A stretch of 64,000 nucleotides of DNA from the IMG/VR virus record IMGVR_UViG_2883713342_000004, positions 1,929 to 65,928 of that record; one strand, given 5' to 3'. Positions within the stretch are counted from its first letter, which is position 1; the number at the start of each line of letters is the position of its first letter. Made by a program: the position numbers and the translations under genes. Of the stretch, positions 44,846 through 54,565 are shown one piece after another. Below the pieces are notes generated by a model that was given only the letters and a program-made list of their open reading frames with translations, did not search any database and was not told the origin of the DNA. Origin of the DNA: a virus. Lineage: Duplodnaviria > Caudoviricetes.

Positions 44846-46209
44846 TCGTCACCTCCCCGGTCGTCTTCTTCCTGCGAAACTTTCTCCACCCCGTCCTCAT
44901 CCGCCTCGGTCGACACCGTGGTCTCCATGCTGTAGCCGTCGGCGCCGAAGCGGGATACGGCCACTTCCTCGGGAGTGAGCACCTGGTTCAGGATGTAGAT
45001 CTGGTCGGTTTCGGCCACGGTCTTGCGCGTGTCGGCCTTTTCCTTGTCCGTGGGCTGCCACAGGGGCGCGAACTCGAACGACCACCCCCCCGCCGGGGCC
45101 TTTTTCTCGGCCCGCAGCAGCTCGATCAGGCACGTCACCGGACCCCGCAGATGCTTTTGCTGGTAAGCCTTGATCCGGTCGTAGTAATTGCGCGTGGTCT
45201 CGTCGGCTCCGGACAGGGTGCCCAACTGCTGGCCGAACAAGCGCGTCTTGGGAATGTCCGACGCGGCCGACACCAGGTCCATGTACTTGTCCAGCAGGTC
45301 CACCAGCCCGGTGATGGGCGTCTGCATCTTGTCGAACTCTTCATTCTCACCGATCAGGGAAACGCCCAGGGAGGACATGTTCGAAACGGCGTACTGGATG
45401 CGCGCCTGCAGCGTGGCCTCCTCGCCGTTGGCGATCATCTCGGCCAGGTTGGGGATCTTCAGCGTTTTGGTGATAAAATCCTGGAAGAGAACGGCCACGG
45501 CCTGAATGCTGATGCCGAACTGCTTGAGCTGCTCGTTGATGGCAATGATCACGGAATCGTGCCAGCCGTTGTTCTGGATGCGCAGCCGGTCCGGCAGCCA
45601 GGCCCCGTCGAAACGGATCACCCGGGATTCGTGGATCACCGCGCCCGAACTTATGGGCGCCGCGTTGGCGGCCTGGAGGCGATAGGTCTCGGGCAGCCCG
45701 AAATTGGGCGCCAGCGGGTCGTCGTACAGTTTGGCCTGGGACAGCTGCCAGCGGTCCAGCACGGTCAGCGAGCCAACCCGCTTGATGCTTTTTGCGTTGA
45801 GCGGTTCCTCGGGGTCCTGGCCGTCCGTTGCTCCGACGATGACCACCGCCCCGCCGTGCAGCCGGGAAAGACGCAGGGCCTCCTCGAAGATCTGCCAGGC
45901 CTTCAACTCCTCCATGCGTCGAAGGATGCGGGCGCCTTCCTCCGGATCTTCGATGGCAAGATTGATCCGCTGTCGGCAGGCATCCTCGGGCAGGGCGTTG
46001 ACGATCCGGCGAGGCAACCAGAAAAAGCGGTATAGCTCGTCCAATTCTATCTGGCTCAGCACCAGTCCGCCCATGAAGCGGGTTCGCTGCAGTGGATCTT
46101 TTGAGCCGCCGAATCCGGAATAGGCGTTCACGTACACATCGTGCCGGGTATGGGTCGGCTTTCCGCTGCGGGCCTCGAAGGCGGCGATTTTGCGATCCAG
46201 GTCCGTCAT
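44842..46209 (-). CDS. Portal protein (DUF1073-like)
   Basis: SRLHGG...IHESRVIRF...IPKTRLFG...NYYDRI...FAPLWQ; follows the terminase. Confidence 0.88.
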   Translation of the reverse strand: MTDLDRKIAAFEARSGKPTHTRHDVYVNAYSGFGGSKDPLQRTRFMGGLVLSQIELDELYRFFWLPRRIVNALPEDACRQRINLAIEDPEEGARILRRMEELKAWQIFEEALRLSRLHGGAVVIVGATDGQDPEEPLNAKSIKRVGSLTVLDRWQLSQAKLYDDPLAPNFGLPETYRLQAANAAPISSGAVIHESRVIRFDGAWLPDRLRIQNNGWHDSVIIAINEQLKQFGISIQAVAVLFQDFITKTLKIPNLAEMIANGEEATLQARIQYAVSNMSSLGVSLIGENEEFDKMQTPITGLVDLLDKYMDLVSAASDIPKTRLFGQQLGTLSGADETTRNYYDRIKAYQQKHLRGPVTCLIELLRAEKKAPAGGWSFEFAPLWQPTDKEKADTRKTVAETDQIYILNQVLTPEEVAVSRFGADGYSMETTVSTEADEDGVEKVSQEEDDRGGDE

Positions 46210-47747
46210 GCCACCATCCTCCACATCATGTTCCCGAGCCCGCGTATGCCGCGCTTCTTGATCGCATCGGCCACGGTTCCCATGCTGCCGCGCTGTAGCA
46301 AGGATACAGCGCCCTCCAGTCCGTCCGGGCCGTCGTCGTTGACGTTTTTATTGAGCAGATAGATGAGCTGCTCCACCAGGCGGTCCTGGTCGCTGTGGCC
46401 CTTGCGGAAACGCAGCTTGCCGAACTCCACCAGGTAGGAAAGTGTGCCGATGATCCGGGCCTCCTTGTTGGTGCTGTGCACCTGCGGCCGCCACGGCAGA
46501 TATCGCCCGGTCTCCTTGGCGTAATTCTGGATCGCCTCGTGGAGAAAATCGTGGAACATGTTCTCTTCGATCCCCACCGGACCGGAATATTCGTCGTGTT
46601 GGCGGTAGGCGGCGGCGAACATCTCTGACGGGCTCGCGTGGCGGATCCAGGCGTGCAGCACGTAAAAGATCATGGTTTTGCGGTCCAGGCCAACGGTGAT
46701 GCAGGCCTTATAGTCGTTGTTCTCGCCGCTCTTGGCGCTGGGGTCGGTGAAGCTGGCCGTGCGCAACTCCAGGCCGGCGATCTCCTCGATTTCGTAATAG
46801 GTGAACCAGGTCTCCGGGAACGGAGAATTCTCGGCGCCGGTGAGGTTACGCATCTCGGCATTGAAGTCCACCGTGCCCATCTGCCGCTGCTTTTTCTCCA
46901 GGCGTTCGGCCGGCCACAATGCCGGCCACAGGGGCCGCTGGGTCGGCTTGCCGTAATCGATCCAGCAGTCGTAAACCTTGGAAACGTAAAGCTTCTTGCC
47001 GTCCTCGTCCTTGGCGGCGATCAACTGGGAAATAACGCTTTTGGGATGGAAAAGGTTGCCGACCATGTTGGCCGTGTAGCCGGTTCCCATGCTGCCGATC
47101 ACGGCCCGGATCAGCCACCGCTTTCCCTTTTCCACCTGTTTGGGATTCTCGACGTTCTCGTCGTTTTCGAAATCGTCGATGATGGCCCGGTCCGGCCGGT
47201 GCTGGCGGTTTTTCAGGCCGCGCACCTTCTCGCTGCGCCCCCGGGCCAGCACCCGCACGCCGTTGGCCGTGGTGAAATCGTTTTTCTTCCAGACCTTGCC
47301 GATGAAATCGCCGAAGTCGTGACGCAGGCGCGGGTTGTCCTCCAGTTCCAGACGGATCGGCAGGGTAAAACCGCTGGCCTGGTCGTTGGTGTCCGACACG
47401 ATCAGGATAAACCAGCGCAGCTGGTAAACGATGTCGTGGATCGGCAGGCCCAGGGTGAAAAACGTTGACTTGGCGTGCTCGCGGGGAGCGCCCAGAAGAA
47501 CCAGGGCGTCCCGTATATCGGTCAGCTCTTCCCACTCCTCGTGGCATTCGGCGAATTCTGACGGAAAATAGTGGGGCAGATAGGTCTTGAAAAAGTACAG
47601 CAGGTCGTACTCGGCGCGCATCTTGCGCTCCGCCTGTTTTTCCGGCGTGTCGTTTTCGAACGGCGAGACGGACTCGGCGATCCAGGCTTTCAGGTCGTCG
47701 GCCCACCGGTCGAAACTCAGTTCGGTCAGTTTAGGACGCTTGCGCAT
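46206..47747 (-). CDS. Terminase large subunit
   Basis: Walker A APREHAKST, Walker B IIDDFE, nuclease motifs FTDPS and DDGPD. Confidence 0.92.
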   Translation of the reverse strand: MRKRPKLTELSFDRWADDLKAWIAESVSPFENDTPEKQAERKMRAEYDLLYFFKTYLPHYFPSEFAECHEEWEELTDIRDALVLLGAPREHAKSTFFTLGLPIHDIVYQLRWFILIVSDTNDQASGFTLPIRLELEDNPRLRHDFGDFIGKVWKKNDFTTANGVRVLARGRSEKVRGLKNRQHRPDRAIIDDFENDENVENPKQVEKGKRWLIRAVIGSMGTGYTANMVGNLFHPKSVISQLIAAKDEDGKKLYVSKVYDCWIDYGKPTQRPLWPALWPAERLEKKQRQMGTVDFNAEMRNLTGAENSPFPETWFTYYEIEEIAGLELRTASFTDPSAKSGENNDYKACITVGLDRKTMIFYVLHAWIRHASPSEMFAAAYRQHDEYSGPVGIEENMFHDFLHEAIQNYAKETGRYLPWRPQVHSTNKEARIIGTLSYLVEFGKLRFRKGHSDQDRLVEQLIYLLNKNVNDDGPDGLEGAVSLLQRGSMGTVADAIKKRGIRGLGNMMWRMVA

Positions 47748-48201
47748 GCTGCTCCTTGAACCGGTTGACAATCACGTCGAAATTTCTCGAAAAAACCTTC
47801 AGCCCCTGTGGATCGACGTCCTTGAGCGTTTCCGCGATGAATTCCATGTCTTCCAGAAAGATTTTCGGGCGGTCGACCTCCACGATTTCGACGGCATCCT
47901 TTTTCTCGCTGTCCATCTGCAGCTTGACCACCTTCAGGGCCGCATATGCCTTCTGGGGGTCCTTGGAATCCACCGCCTTTTTGAGCATGGCGTCTCGCAG
48001 TTTGACGAGCTGCTCCTTCAGGGTGCGCTTGTTTTTCAGGTGCTCGACCCGCTTTTGCCGCCAGTTGCTCTCCTTGGACCAGCGCTTTAGCTGGGTAACG
48101 GAAACCCCGGTGGCCTCGGAGACCTGTTCGTAGGTCTTGCGCGCCTCCACGTACAGGTCCTCGGCCTCGAACCGGATCTGGAGGTCAATTTCCTGTGCCA
48201 T
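47731..48201 (-). CDS. Terminase small subunit (Mu gp27/DUF1804-like)
   Basis: N-terminal HTH GVSVTQLKRW...NW; upstream of the large subunit. Confidence 0.75.
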   Translation of the reverse strand: MAQEIDLQIRFEAEDLYVEARKTYEQVSEATGVSVTQLKRWSKESNWRQKRVEHLKNKRTLKEQLVKLRDAMLKKAVDSKDPQKAYAALKVVKLQMDSEKKDAVEIVEVDRPKIFLEDMEFIAETLKDVDPQGLKVFSRNFDVIVNRFKEQHAQAS

Positions 48202-48290
48202 TGATTTCCCGAATCCGTTCCAGGGTCCGCTCCAGGGCCTTCAGGCTCATAACCAAAGCCAGCCGCTGCAGTCTGTATTTCAGCAGGTAT

Positions 48291-48500
48291 TTAGCCATCC
48301 TTACGCCCTGAAAGATTGGTCGCCATAACGCCCAACTCCTTGACCAGGTCGACCAGCATGCCGGTCACCTGGTTCATGAGGATGCGGTAGCCCTGCCACA
48401 GCCGCCAGATGGCGTAAAACGCCACGACGTTGACGGTAAGGCTCAGCAGCAGGGCCGCATCCTTGCTGCCGGCGACATCCTTGATCCAATGCCAGTTCAC
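48291..48500 (-). CDS. Small membrane protein of the lysis/late region
   Basis: GTG start overlapping the upstream stop; one hydrophobic helix. Confidence 0.5.
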   Translation of the reverse strand: MNWHWIKDVAGSKDAALLLSLTVNVVAFYAIWRLWQGYRILMNQVTGMLVDLVKELGVMATNLSGRKDG

Positions 48501-48898
48501 GAACGGCTCATCTTGTGCTTGAGCGCGCTGGTCTCGGCCACGTCCCTGGCCGTTTCGCTTTGCCGCTTCAGGTCGGCGGAAACATCGAACATGTCCAGGG
48601 CGCGCTCGAATTCGTTGGCCGTCTCGTTGTCTACCCGGCCCGACGACAACAAACGGCTGGCCGTTTCCATGAACCGGCTGGCCAGGCGATCCCTGGGCGT
48701 CTCTTCCCGGTGGATTTTCTCGCCGCCGTCTTCCAGCGCAATCATGAGCTGATCCAGCCGGGTATTCAGGGCCTGGGCCAGGTCCTCGACGGACTGCTCG
48801 ATACGCGACAGCTCTCCATAGTAGCGGCCGTTGGTGCCGAGATACTCCAACACCGCGCGTTTCAGATTTTGGATTTTCTGGATGCTTTGCCGCGTCAT
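48497..48898 (-). CDS. Hypothetical helical protein
   Basis: GAGGAGG RBS before MTRQSIQK. Confidence 0.6.
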   Translation of the reverse strand: MTRQSIQKIQNLKRAVLEYLGTNGRYYGELSRIEQSVEDLAQALNTRLDQLMIALEDGGEKIHREETPRDRLASRFMETASRLLSSGRVDNETANEFERALDMFDVSADLKRQSETARDVAETSALKHKMSRS

Positions 48899-48924
48899 CT
48901 TTCCTCCTCGACGAAAAGTATGAT

Positions 48925-49458
48925 TTATCCGCGAATGGCCTTGATAGCCCCTTCGATAAGTCCCGTTTGTGTGTCGCCTGATTTGGCCCGCTTCTCCTTG
49001 CCACGATCCCAGGTGGCCACGCCGAGTATGGAAAGCCACCCCACCCAGACCCATTGGGGCACATCCGGCACGGCCTTGCCCAGTGCGGGCAATGCGAAGT
49101 AAATCAGCAGCACGGCCAAGGGAAACGTGAAACCGTTGAACGGCCGCCAGGTATACTGGGGCCATTTTTCGCTTTTGCTTTCGGCCTGCATGGTCTGGTT
49201 GACCGACGCCAGTTTCTTGGCCTCGATCTCTTCCAGCCTGGCCTCGTGTTCCATTGCCTTGACCTGCAGTTCAACCATCAACGCCGGATCAGCGGCAATT
49301 TTTTCGGCCACGGCTTCGATGGCGACCTCCGGACCGTCACCGGTAACGGCGCGCATCAAGCCTTCCAGGATAGTTCCGGATCCGGGAAGAAACAGGTTGG
49401 CGGCCATTGGGGCCACTACTTTCACGCCATCGATGATCTTCTCGAGTACGTTGCTCAC
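48925..49458 (-). CDS. Holin (3TM/GTA-type)
   Basis: TMQAE...WRPFNG, two TM helices, LGVATWDR; follows the endolysin. Confidence 0.8.
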   Translation of the reverse strand: MSNVLEKIIDGVKVVAPMAANLFLPGSGTILEGLMRAVTGDGPEVAIEAVAEKIAADPALMVELQVKAMEHEARLEEIEAKKLASVNQTMQAESKSEKWPQYTWRPFNGFTFPLAVLLIYFALPALGKAVPDVPQWVWVGWLSILGVATWDRGKEKRAKSGDTQTGLIEGAIKAIRG

Positions 49459-49467
49459 GACAACCTC

Positions 49468-49944
49468 CTATTCGGCCAGGCGGTTCAGCCATCCGGCCAG
49501 GAACCGCTGGTTGCCAAGTCCGTAGTAGTAATTCCCCGCCTCGATCCGCAGGGCCATGAGCAGGGCCTGCGGGTGTTTGAACGAGTTGACTGCACTAGCG
49601 GTTACCGGACCCAGAATAGAGTCGACACGCAAACCGGCGCCGAAGCGGTTGGCCGCCTTTTGAAGCAACAAAATAGTCCTTGCGACCCCGATGTTAACGC
49701 TCAAATCGAACGCCTTGGCCGCGATGCCGGAGTTTTCGATCTGATCGAATCCGGGTGTGTTCCAATAGTCGCGCCGGTAGATGTCGATGGCTTGCTTCCG
49801 GGTCAACTTCGAAATGGAAAGATGAGGATACGCTTTTTCCGAAATTCCATACTTGGTTTGGCCGCCCGGATCTTTCGAATCGTTGACGTAGCCGCCCTCA
49901 TGAGCCAGAGTTTTTTCGATGGCGATCCCAAAATTCGAAGGCAT
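49468..49944 (-). CDS. Endolysin, glycoside hydrolase family 108 with PG-binding domain
   Basis: HEGGYVND.KDPGGQTKYGIS...DSILGPVT...FLAGWLNR. Confidence 0.92.
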   Translation of the reverse strand: MPSNFGIAIEKTLAHEGGYVNDSKDPGGQTKYGISEKAYPHLSISKLTRKQAIDIYRRDYWNTPGFDQIENSGIAAKAFDLSVNIGVARTILLLQKAANRFGAGLRVDSILGPVTASAVNSFKHPQALLMALRIEAGNYYYGLGNQRFLAGWLNRLAE

Positions 49945-49991
49945 TACACTTCTCCAAAAAAGCCGGAAACAAAACCTCGTTTATGATGGCA

Positions 49992-50062
49992 ATCATAGAA
50001 GCGGAAAACAGGAAGGATCAATAGGTCGAGGGCACTACTGTCCCACTACGCGGGACAGTAGT
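49992..50062 (-). promoter_or_regulatory. Putative late promoter with upstream inverted repeat
   Basis: TTGATC-18 bp-TATGAT before the endolysin; 11-bp IR ACTACTGTCCC/GGGACAGTAGT at 50034-50062. Confidence 0.5.
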
Positions 50063-50090
50063 TGGTTTTGGAGATGTTTTTGATCGAAAA

Positions 50091-50654
50091 TCAGGTGAAA
50101 TTGGGACGGTGGGATGGCTTTTTATAGCTTGGAAGGTTCTTTTTTCGTATTTTTTGCATGTCTTCAACGCTTAGGACCGGTTCCAAATCCCCTCCGGATC
50201 GCTCGGAGAAATCCTCCGCCGGAAGTACCGCGCCCGCACGCTCCCTGCGGTTGAAATTTCTCTCGTCCCCTTGATCTATTTCATCAGCCAACTGGTATGC
50301 GACCTTCCGAAGATAATTGTGCTTGGTCAAAGGCAGATCCCTGGGTGGGCGCTGGATAACCCGTTCCATTGCATCGGCCCACGCCATGATCTGGTTGGCC
50401 CGGGCCGGGCTCCGGTCCCACTGGATGCTCGCATCGGCCACCAGGTCTTTCAGCTCCTTCAGCAGCTTCAGGGCCTTTGTCCAACTCAATCCGCGCCCGG
50501 ACGTCGGCCGGAAAAGCGCCAGGTAGGGAATCGCCCGGCGGCTCACTTCCGTGGGCAGTTCGGCAACGATGAGCATGCACTGACGGGCATTGGCGTCGTT
50601 CGACCATGCCTCGGCGCTGTGAACCGCGCCACATGAAGGGCAGGTCAACTTCAC
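50091..50654 (-). CDS. Hypothetical protein with N-terminal Zn ribbon
   Basis: CPSCG...YLALFRP...PLTKHNYL; last gene before the late promoter. Confidence 0.7.
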   Translation of the reverse strand: MKLTCPSCGAVHSAEAWSNDANARQCMLIVAELPTEVSRRAIPYLALFRPTSGRGLSWTKALKLLKELKDLVADASIQWDRSPARANQIMAWADAMERVIQRPPRDLPLTKHNYLRKVAYQLADEIDQGDERNFNRRERAGAVLPAEDFSERSGGDLEPVLSVEDMQKIRKKNLPSYKKPSHRPNFT

Positions 50655-51031
50655 GGATTCATCTCCCAGGTGTCTATCGGGAGGTTGTACTGCTGGATCA
50701 CGGTGTTGAGACGAATCCAGTATTTACGGTCCGACTTTTTTTCGAGGATGAGCACGACTCCGGCACGCCGTCCGGTCTGGATGGAGTAATACAGGGCCTG
50801 GCCGATGGATTCCGCCCATTTGTTTCCAAAGTCGAACTCGATGGCATGGGAGGCGGTCAGACAGTCGCAGCGGGTGCGGTCCGCCAGTATCACCTCCGTT
50901 TCGCCGCCTTGTGCGTCGCACCATCGCTGCTGGTACCAGCTTTCCGGTTGCTGTCTGGCGGCGATCACGGCGGAACAAAAAGAGGCATAAACGGCCAGGG
51001 CGACAACCATCATGGTCAGTCTGAATATCAT
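50651..51031 (-). CDS. Exported PD-(D/E)xK-like protein
   Basis: Hydrophobic leader; RCDCLT...AIEFDF...AESIGQALYY. Confidence 0.6.
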   Translation of the reverse strand: MIFRLTMMVVALAVYASFCSAVIAARQQPESWYQQRWCDAQGGETEVILADRTRCDCLTASHAIEFDFGNKWAESIGQALYYSIQTGRRAGVVLILEKKSDRKYWIRLNTVIQQYNLPIDTWEMNP

Positions 51032-52805
51032 TGTTTGCTCCCTTTCGAGAAAAATTTATCGCACGAGCGCTTGCCCGGCGGTGGCTTATCAGGATCGTCA
51101 TCGGCCCATTTCTTCCAGACCGTGCAGTAGGCCCACAGTCCGACCGGTCGCCGCTTGAAGCTGTAACCACCGCAGTGCATGCAGATCTTTTTATCTATTT
51201 TGCACGGTATGTCCAAGTTATTAAGCGGGTGTAATTGCCTACGTAAGATCCAACCGCTCAAACGGTCCAAGATGCTCCCGAATTAATTTCATTTCGGGGG
51301 AATGGTTGAAGTAAATATCGAACACAGCATCACCGTGCCACATCTTCAAAACCTTGACGCATTGGATTGGGGCATCGCGGCATTTTCCCCCGCCTGGATT
51401 CTGTTTGCGGCCCAATCTGGTTCATTCTTAACCATTTCTGTGATCGAGCACGGGTTGCCGTTAAAATCGTGATAAACCTTTTCCAGATCCATATTCACCT
51501 CCGGGTAGTTACCGACTACAGTGATGATTGTTGAACAGATGCGCCTCAAGATCGACCTCGCTGTCGAATACTTCGGCGCATCCGTCACAAATCCATTTAG
51601 GCTCCCAACCTTCGCAACAATCGGTGCCGTAAGCGGGGGCGCATGGATCTGGATTCTGGTCGTGGAGGCATCGGTTTGATGGCCTATCCCAATACACACA
51701 ACTATCGCAATTTCCTTCCATTTTAATCTCCAAAATTAGCAGCCGAAACAGCGCCCATCACCCAACTCGAAAACCTCAAATCCATAGTGCTCTCCGAGTG
51801 GGTTATTGTTGCCTGCTGTTACGGCATCGGTTTCAGTTTCAAACATCGCCAGATCCCCATCATCGTTCTCGACCATCGGAAGTACGCTTCCGTTTTGATG
51901 GTTGAGTATGACGAAAAACGGTTTTTCAATCATGGTTCTAAATCCTCCGATTTTAATGTTGGCCAAGGTAGCTACCGACCTTTGTTTGCCGCTGCTTCGA
52001 GCAGCGCCCTATCTCCTTCTGACGGATCTATGTCTTTATAAAGCCAATCTTTTAAAACGCTAAAATCGACACCGGATTTATCCGAAACCTGCCGTAGGCA
52101 CCCCTGGAGATCGTAAAAACCGACAATCAATTTGAGACCGTCTTTGATCGGCCGGCCATGTGCAATCCCGCAGAACCAATTTCGTTTTTTGGTTTTTGCG
52201 TGTCGCACATGGCATAATCCGGTTGATGATTCATATCTATCGACAATATATATTCTCCCGTCCATAGCCTCAAAGTGTTGGCCTTTTTTGAACAATTTTA
52301 TCTGCACCAATCCAGATTCCAGCCACTTCTTTTTTTCAACAGGATCGTTGCATCGTTTTGAGTACATATCCATGTTCTAAATCCCCCGAATAGCTAATCT
52401 TCGTTAGGTGTTAAATCGTCAACGGACAAAAAAGCATATCCGTAATAACCGCACTGGGACTGGTCTTTACAGCATACATTTACGTCAATCAGTTCATCGT
52501 CGTGCGCGGCAAAAGTCGCATCGACTGTCAATTCTCCACCACATTTTGGACATTTCATTTTTCTACCTCCATTAGGTTTTTAGTCATACGATTTACCGAA
52601 GTTGATTTTCATCAATAGCAGCCAATAATCGCTTAACCGCCCGGTCGGCAAGATCATCCGGTCTTTCGTAGAATTCGAACTCTTCATGAATAGGAGGCGG
52701 CGCCCAAACGATTTCCCCTTCCTGCGCAGATTCAGCGACCTCGACGATGATCTTCTTCAGGTCGTATTCCAGCATCGTTCGTTGGCTTTTGTCCATTGCT
52801 ACCAC
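51028..52805 (-). other. Cluster of small hypothetical early/middle ORFs (51028-51270, 51346-51492, 51509-51721, 51736-51933, 51972-52373, 52394-52558, 52593-52805)
   Basis: Tandem short ORFs, several with GGAG(G) RBS and CxxC motifs; more AT-rich than the core. Confidence 0.55.
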
Positions 52806-53173
52806 CGTATTCCAATGGAATAATTACGCGCCACGACGCCGGCCTCGAAAACAATGGCCGTCACCTGGAACACCTCTCTCCATTCGGGATCGAGCATGCC
52901 CGCAATCAACCAGCTTGCCGCCAGCGTCGAGCCCATATAAATATCCACCGCCTGGTGTGACGGATGACTGCCCAGAACACCGTTGCGCTCGAGGAAATCG
53001 TCGTTCGATGCGATCTCGTGCGTCTGCATCCAGTCCGCACAGTGAACCGCCGTATAGGCTGCCTGCCGATAGGTGTCGGCCCGGGTCCAACCTTCGAACG
53101 GGTGGGACGCGCAGCCGGCCATGAAAAGCAGTTGAAAGACAACGATAAGTAATGGTATCCATCGTCTTGCCAT
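52799..53173 (-). CDS. Putative lipoprotein / membrane protein
   Basis: Lipobox FMAGC; ADWMQT...ERNGVLG.HP. Confidence 0.6.
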   Translation of the reverse strand: MARRWIPLLIVVFQLLFMAGCASHPFEGWTRADTYRQAAYTAVHCADWMQTHEIASNDDFLERNGVLGSHPSHQAVDIYMGSTLAASWLIAGMLDPEWREVFQVTAIVFEAGVVARNYSIGIRW

Positions 53174-53268
53174 GATAGCCGTCTCCTCAGATTGGTTGTT
53201 GTGGAGCCCTGGTCGGCGCTGCAACGCCGTCCAGGGCAATTTTGTTTAAGGCTTTTGGCTTTTGGAAA

Positions 53269-53499
53269 TTAAAATATCCCGCGATCCACCAAGCTCCCGG
53301 CAATCCTGTCGGGAGATGGACGATCATTTTCCACAAGAATATCGAGCAGCCGACATTCCGGACACCCGTCCGGATTTGGATAAAATATCTCTCCGCACCG
53401 GGTGCAGCGAACCTTTATCTTGTCTGCCGGGATTCGACAGGGAGCGAGCGGGCCGATGATGTCCATGTGGTTCATTCCTCCGATCCTTCCAAAACGCAA
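53269..53499 (-). CDS. Small Zn-finger protein
   Basis: CTRC...CPEC. Confidence 0.45.
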   Translation of the reverse strand: MRFGRIGGMNHMDIIGPLAPCRIPADKIKVRCTRCGEIFYPNPDGCPECRLLDILVENDRPSPDRIAGSLVDRGIF

Positions 53500-53669
53500 A
53501 CCACCCCGTCATCCAACCGTATGGTGATATGCCGCGATATGGTTTGCAATGTGCGATAGACGGCGCTGCGGCTCATGCCGAGTTCGTCCTGGATTTTTCT
53601 CACGGTGATGCGTGGGTGTTCCTGGAGCAAAAGCACCATTCGGACGGTATTTCTGATCGCACTGGCCAT
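53472..53669 (-). CDS. Small winged-HTH protein
   Basis: ITVRKIQDELGMSRSAVYRTL. Confidence 0.7.
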   Translation of the reverse strand: MASAIRNTVRMVLLLQEHPRITVRKIQDELGMSRSAVYRTLQTISRHITIRLDDGVVCVLEGSEE

Positions 53670-53692
53670 TAAATATCCGCTATTCCTGTTCG

Positions 53693-54157
53693 CTATGAAT
53701 TTTTCAACTCGTACGAAAACAGGGCTTTCTTGACTCTCTCCGTTCCCAGCCGCGCCAATGCCGCGTCATTGAATTGTTCAACGCGGTCCCAATCGACGGT
53801 CTCCTTGGCGATCCGGATCGCCTGTTTCATCCCGGCTGCCTTGAGCTTTTCCAGCATGCCCTTGATCCGCTTCACGCGCGTTTCATCCTTGATCATGACC
53901 GAGCCGGCAGCCAGATCGGCACGCTCGCCGGCGCCAAGAATGTCGAACCGGTAGGCCTTAACCACTCTCTCGAGCCGGTTTTCGAGGCTGGACAGAACCT
54001 TCTTTTCCCGCTCGATATCGGCGCCGTACTTCTTTTTTACGGCTTCGATTTTTTTGGCGGCCCTTTTGGCAGCAGCGTCCCGCGCCGCAATCGCCCTGGA
54101 GATGTCCTCCAGGAGCGCGTTTGCGATGGCGGCTTTATCTTCTTTGCTTTTACTCAT
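53693..54157 (-). CDS. gam: Mu Gam-like host-nuclease inhibitor
   Basis: Coiled-coil N-terminus, LAAGSV, IRIAKETVDWD...LGTERV...FSYE; Mu-like position. Confidence 0.7.
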   Translation of the reverse strand: MSKSKEDKAAIANALLEDISRAIAARDAAAKRAAKKIEAVKKKYGADIEREKKVLSSLENRLERVVKAYRFDILGAGERADLAAGSVMIKDETRVKRIKGMLEKLKAAGMKQAIRIAKETVDWDRVEQFNDAALARLGTERVKKALFSYELKNS

Positions 54158-54548
54158 CTCGGGCCTCCAGTTCGAGCTGCATCTGCCCCAGGTATTCCGG
54201 CAGGCTGATTTTCCGGATCTTGGCGATGCGGGACAGGATCCCCAGGGCGCGCTTTTTGTGCTTTTCGCAGTACGCCCTGATCTCACTGTCACTGGCCGCC
54301 AGCCAGTATCCGCCGTTCGTGGAGGATACCTCGCTGCAGATGGCCATCCCGGTGGAGCGCAGTTCGGTAATGATTCTCCTCAGCGCCTTGGTTCCGTTGA
54401 TCCTGTGGCTGTAGGTCTGTCCGAACACGTCCTCGTACAGCGCCCCCATGCCGATTTTTTTGTTCGGGCCGACATGCTCGATCATGATCCGGATCAATCG
54501 GTTCTTGGCATCTTCCAGTTCTGCACTGGTCATTCGTTTGACGCCCAT
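54150..54548 (-). CDS. Winged-helix protein
   Basis: LRRIITELR..G..ICS...GGYWLA. Confidence 0.7.
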   Translation of the reverse strand: MGVKRMTSAELEDAKNRLIRIMIEHVGPNKKIGMGALYEDVFGQTYSHRINGTKALRRIITELRSTGMAICSEVSSTNGGYWLAASDSEIRAYCEKHKKRALGILSRIAKIRKISLPEYLGQMQLELEARDE

Positions 54549-54565
54549 GACACCATCCTCCTATG

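Noticed and set aside
44842-46209. Anti-CBASS (Acb1) call sometimes attached to DUF1073 proteins
   Set aside because: Position and motifs indicate a portal; no appended 2H-phosphoesterase domain with paired HxT motifs is evident
48291-49165. Long 257 aa and 222 aa ORF calls
   Set aside because: The N-terminal extensions overlap the holin; RBS and coupling support the shorter 48291-48500 and 48497-48898 genes
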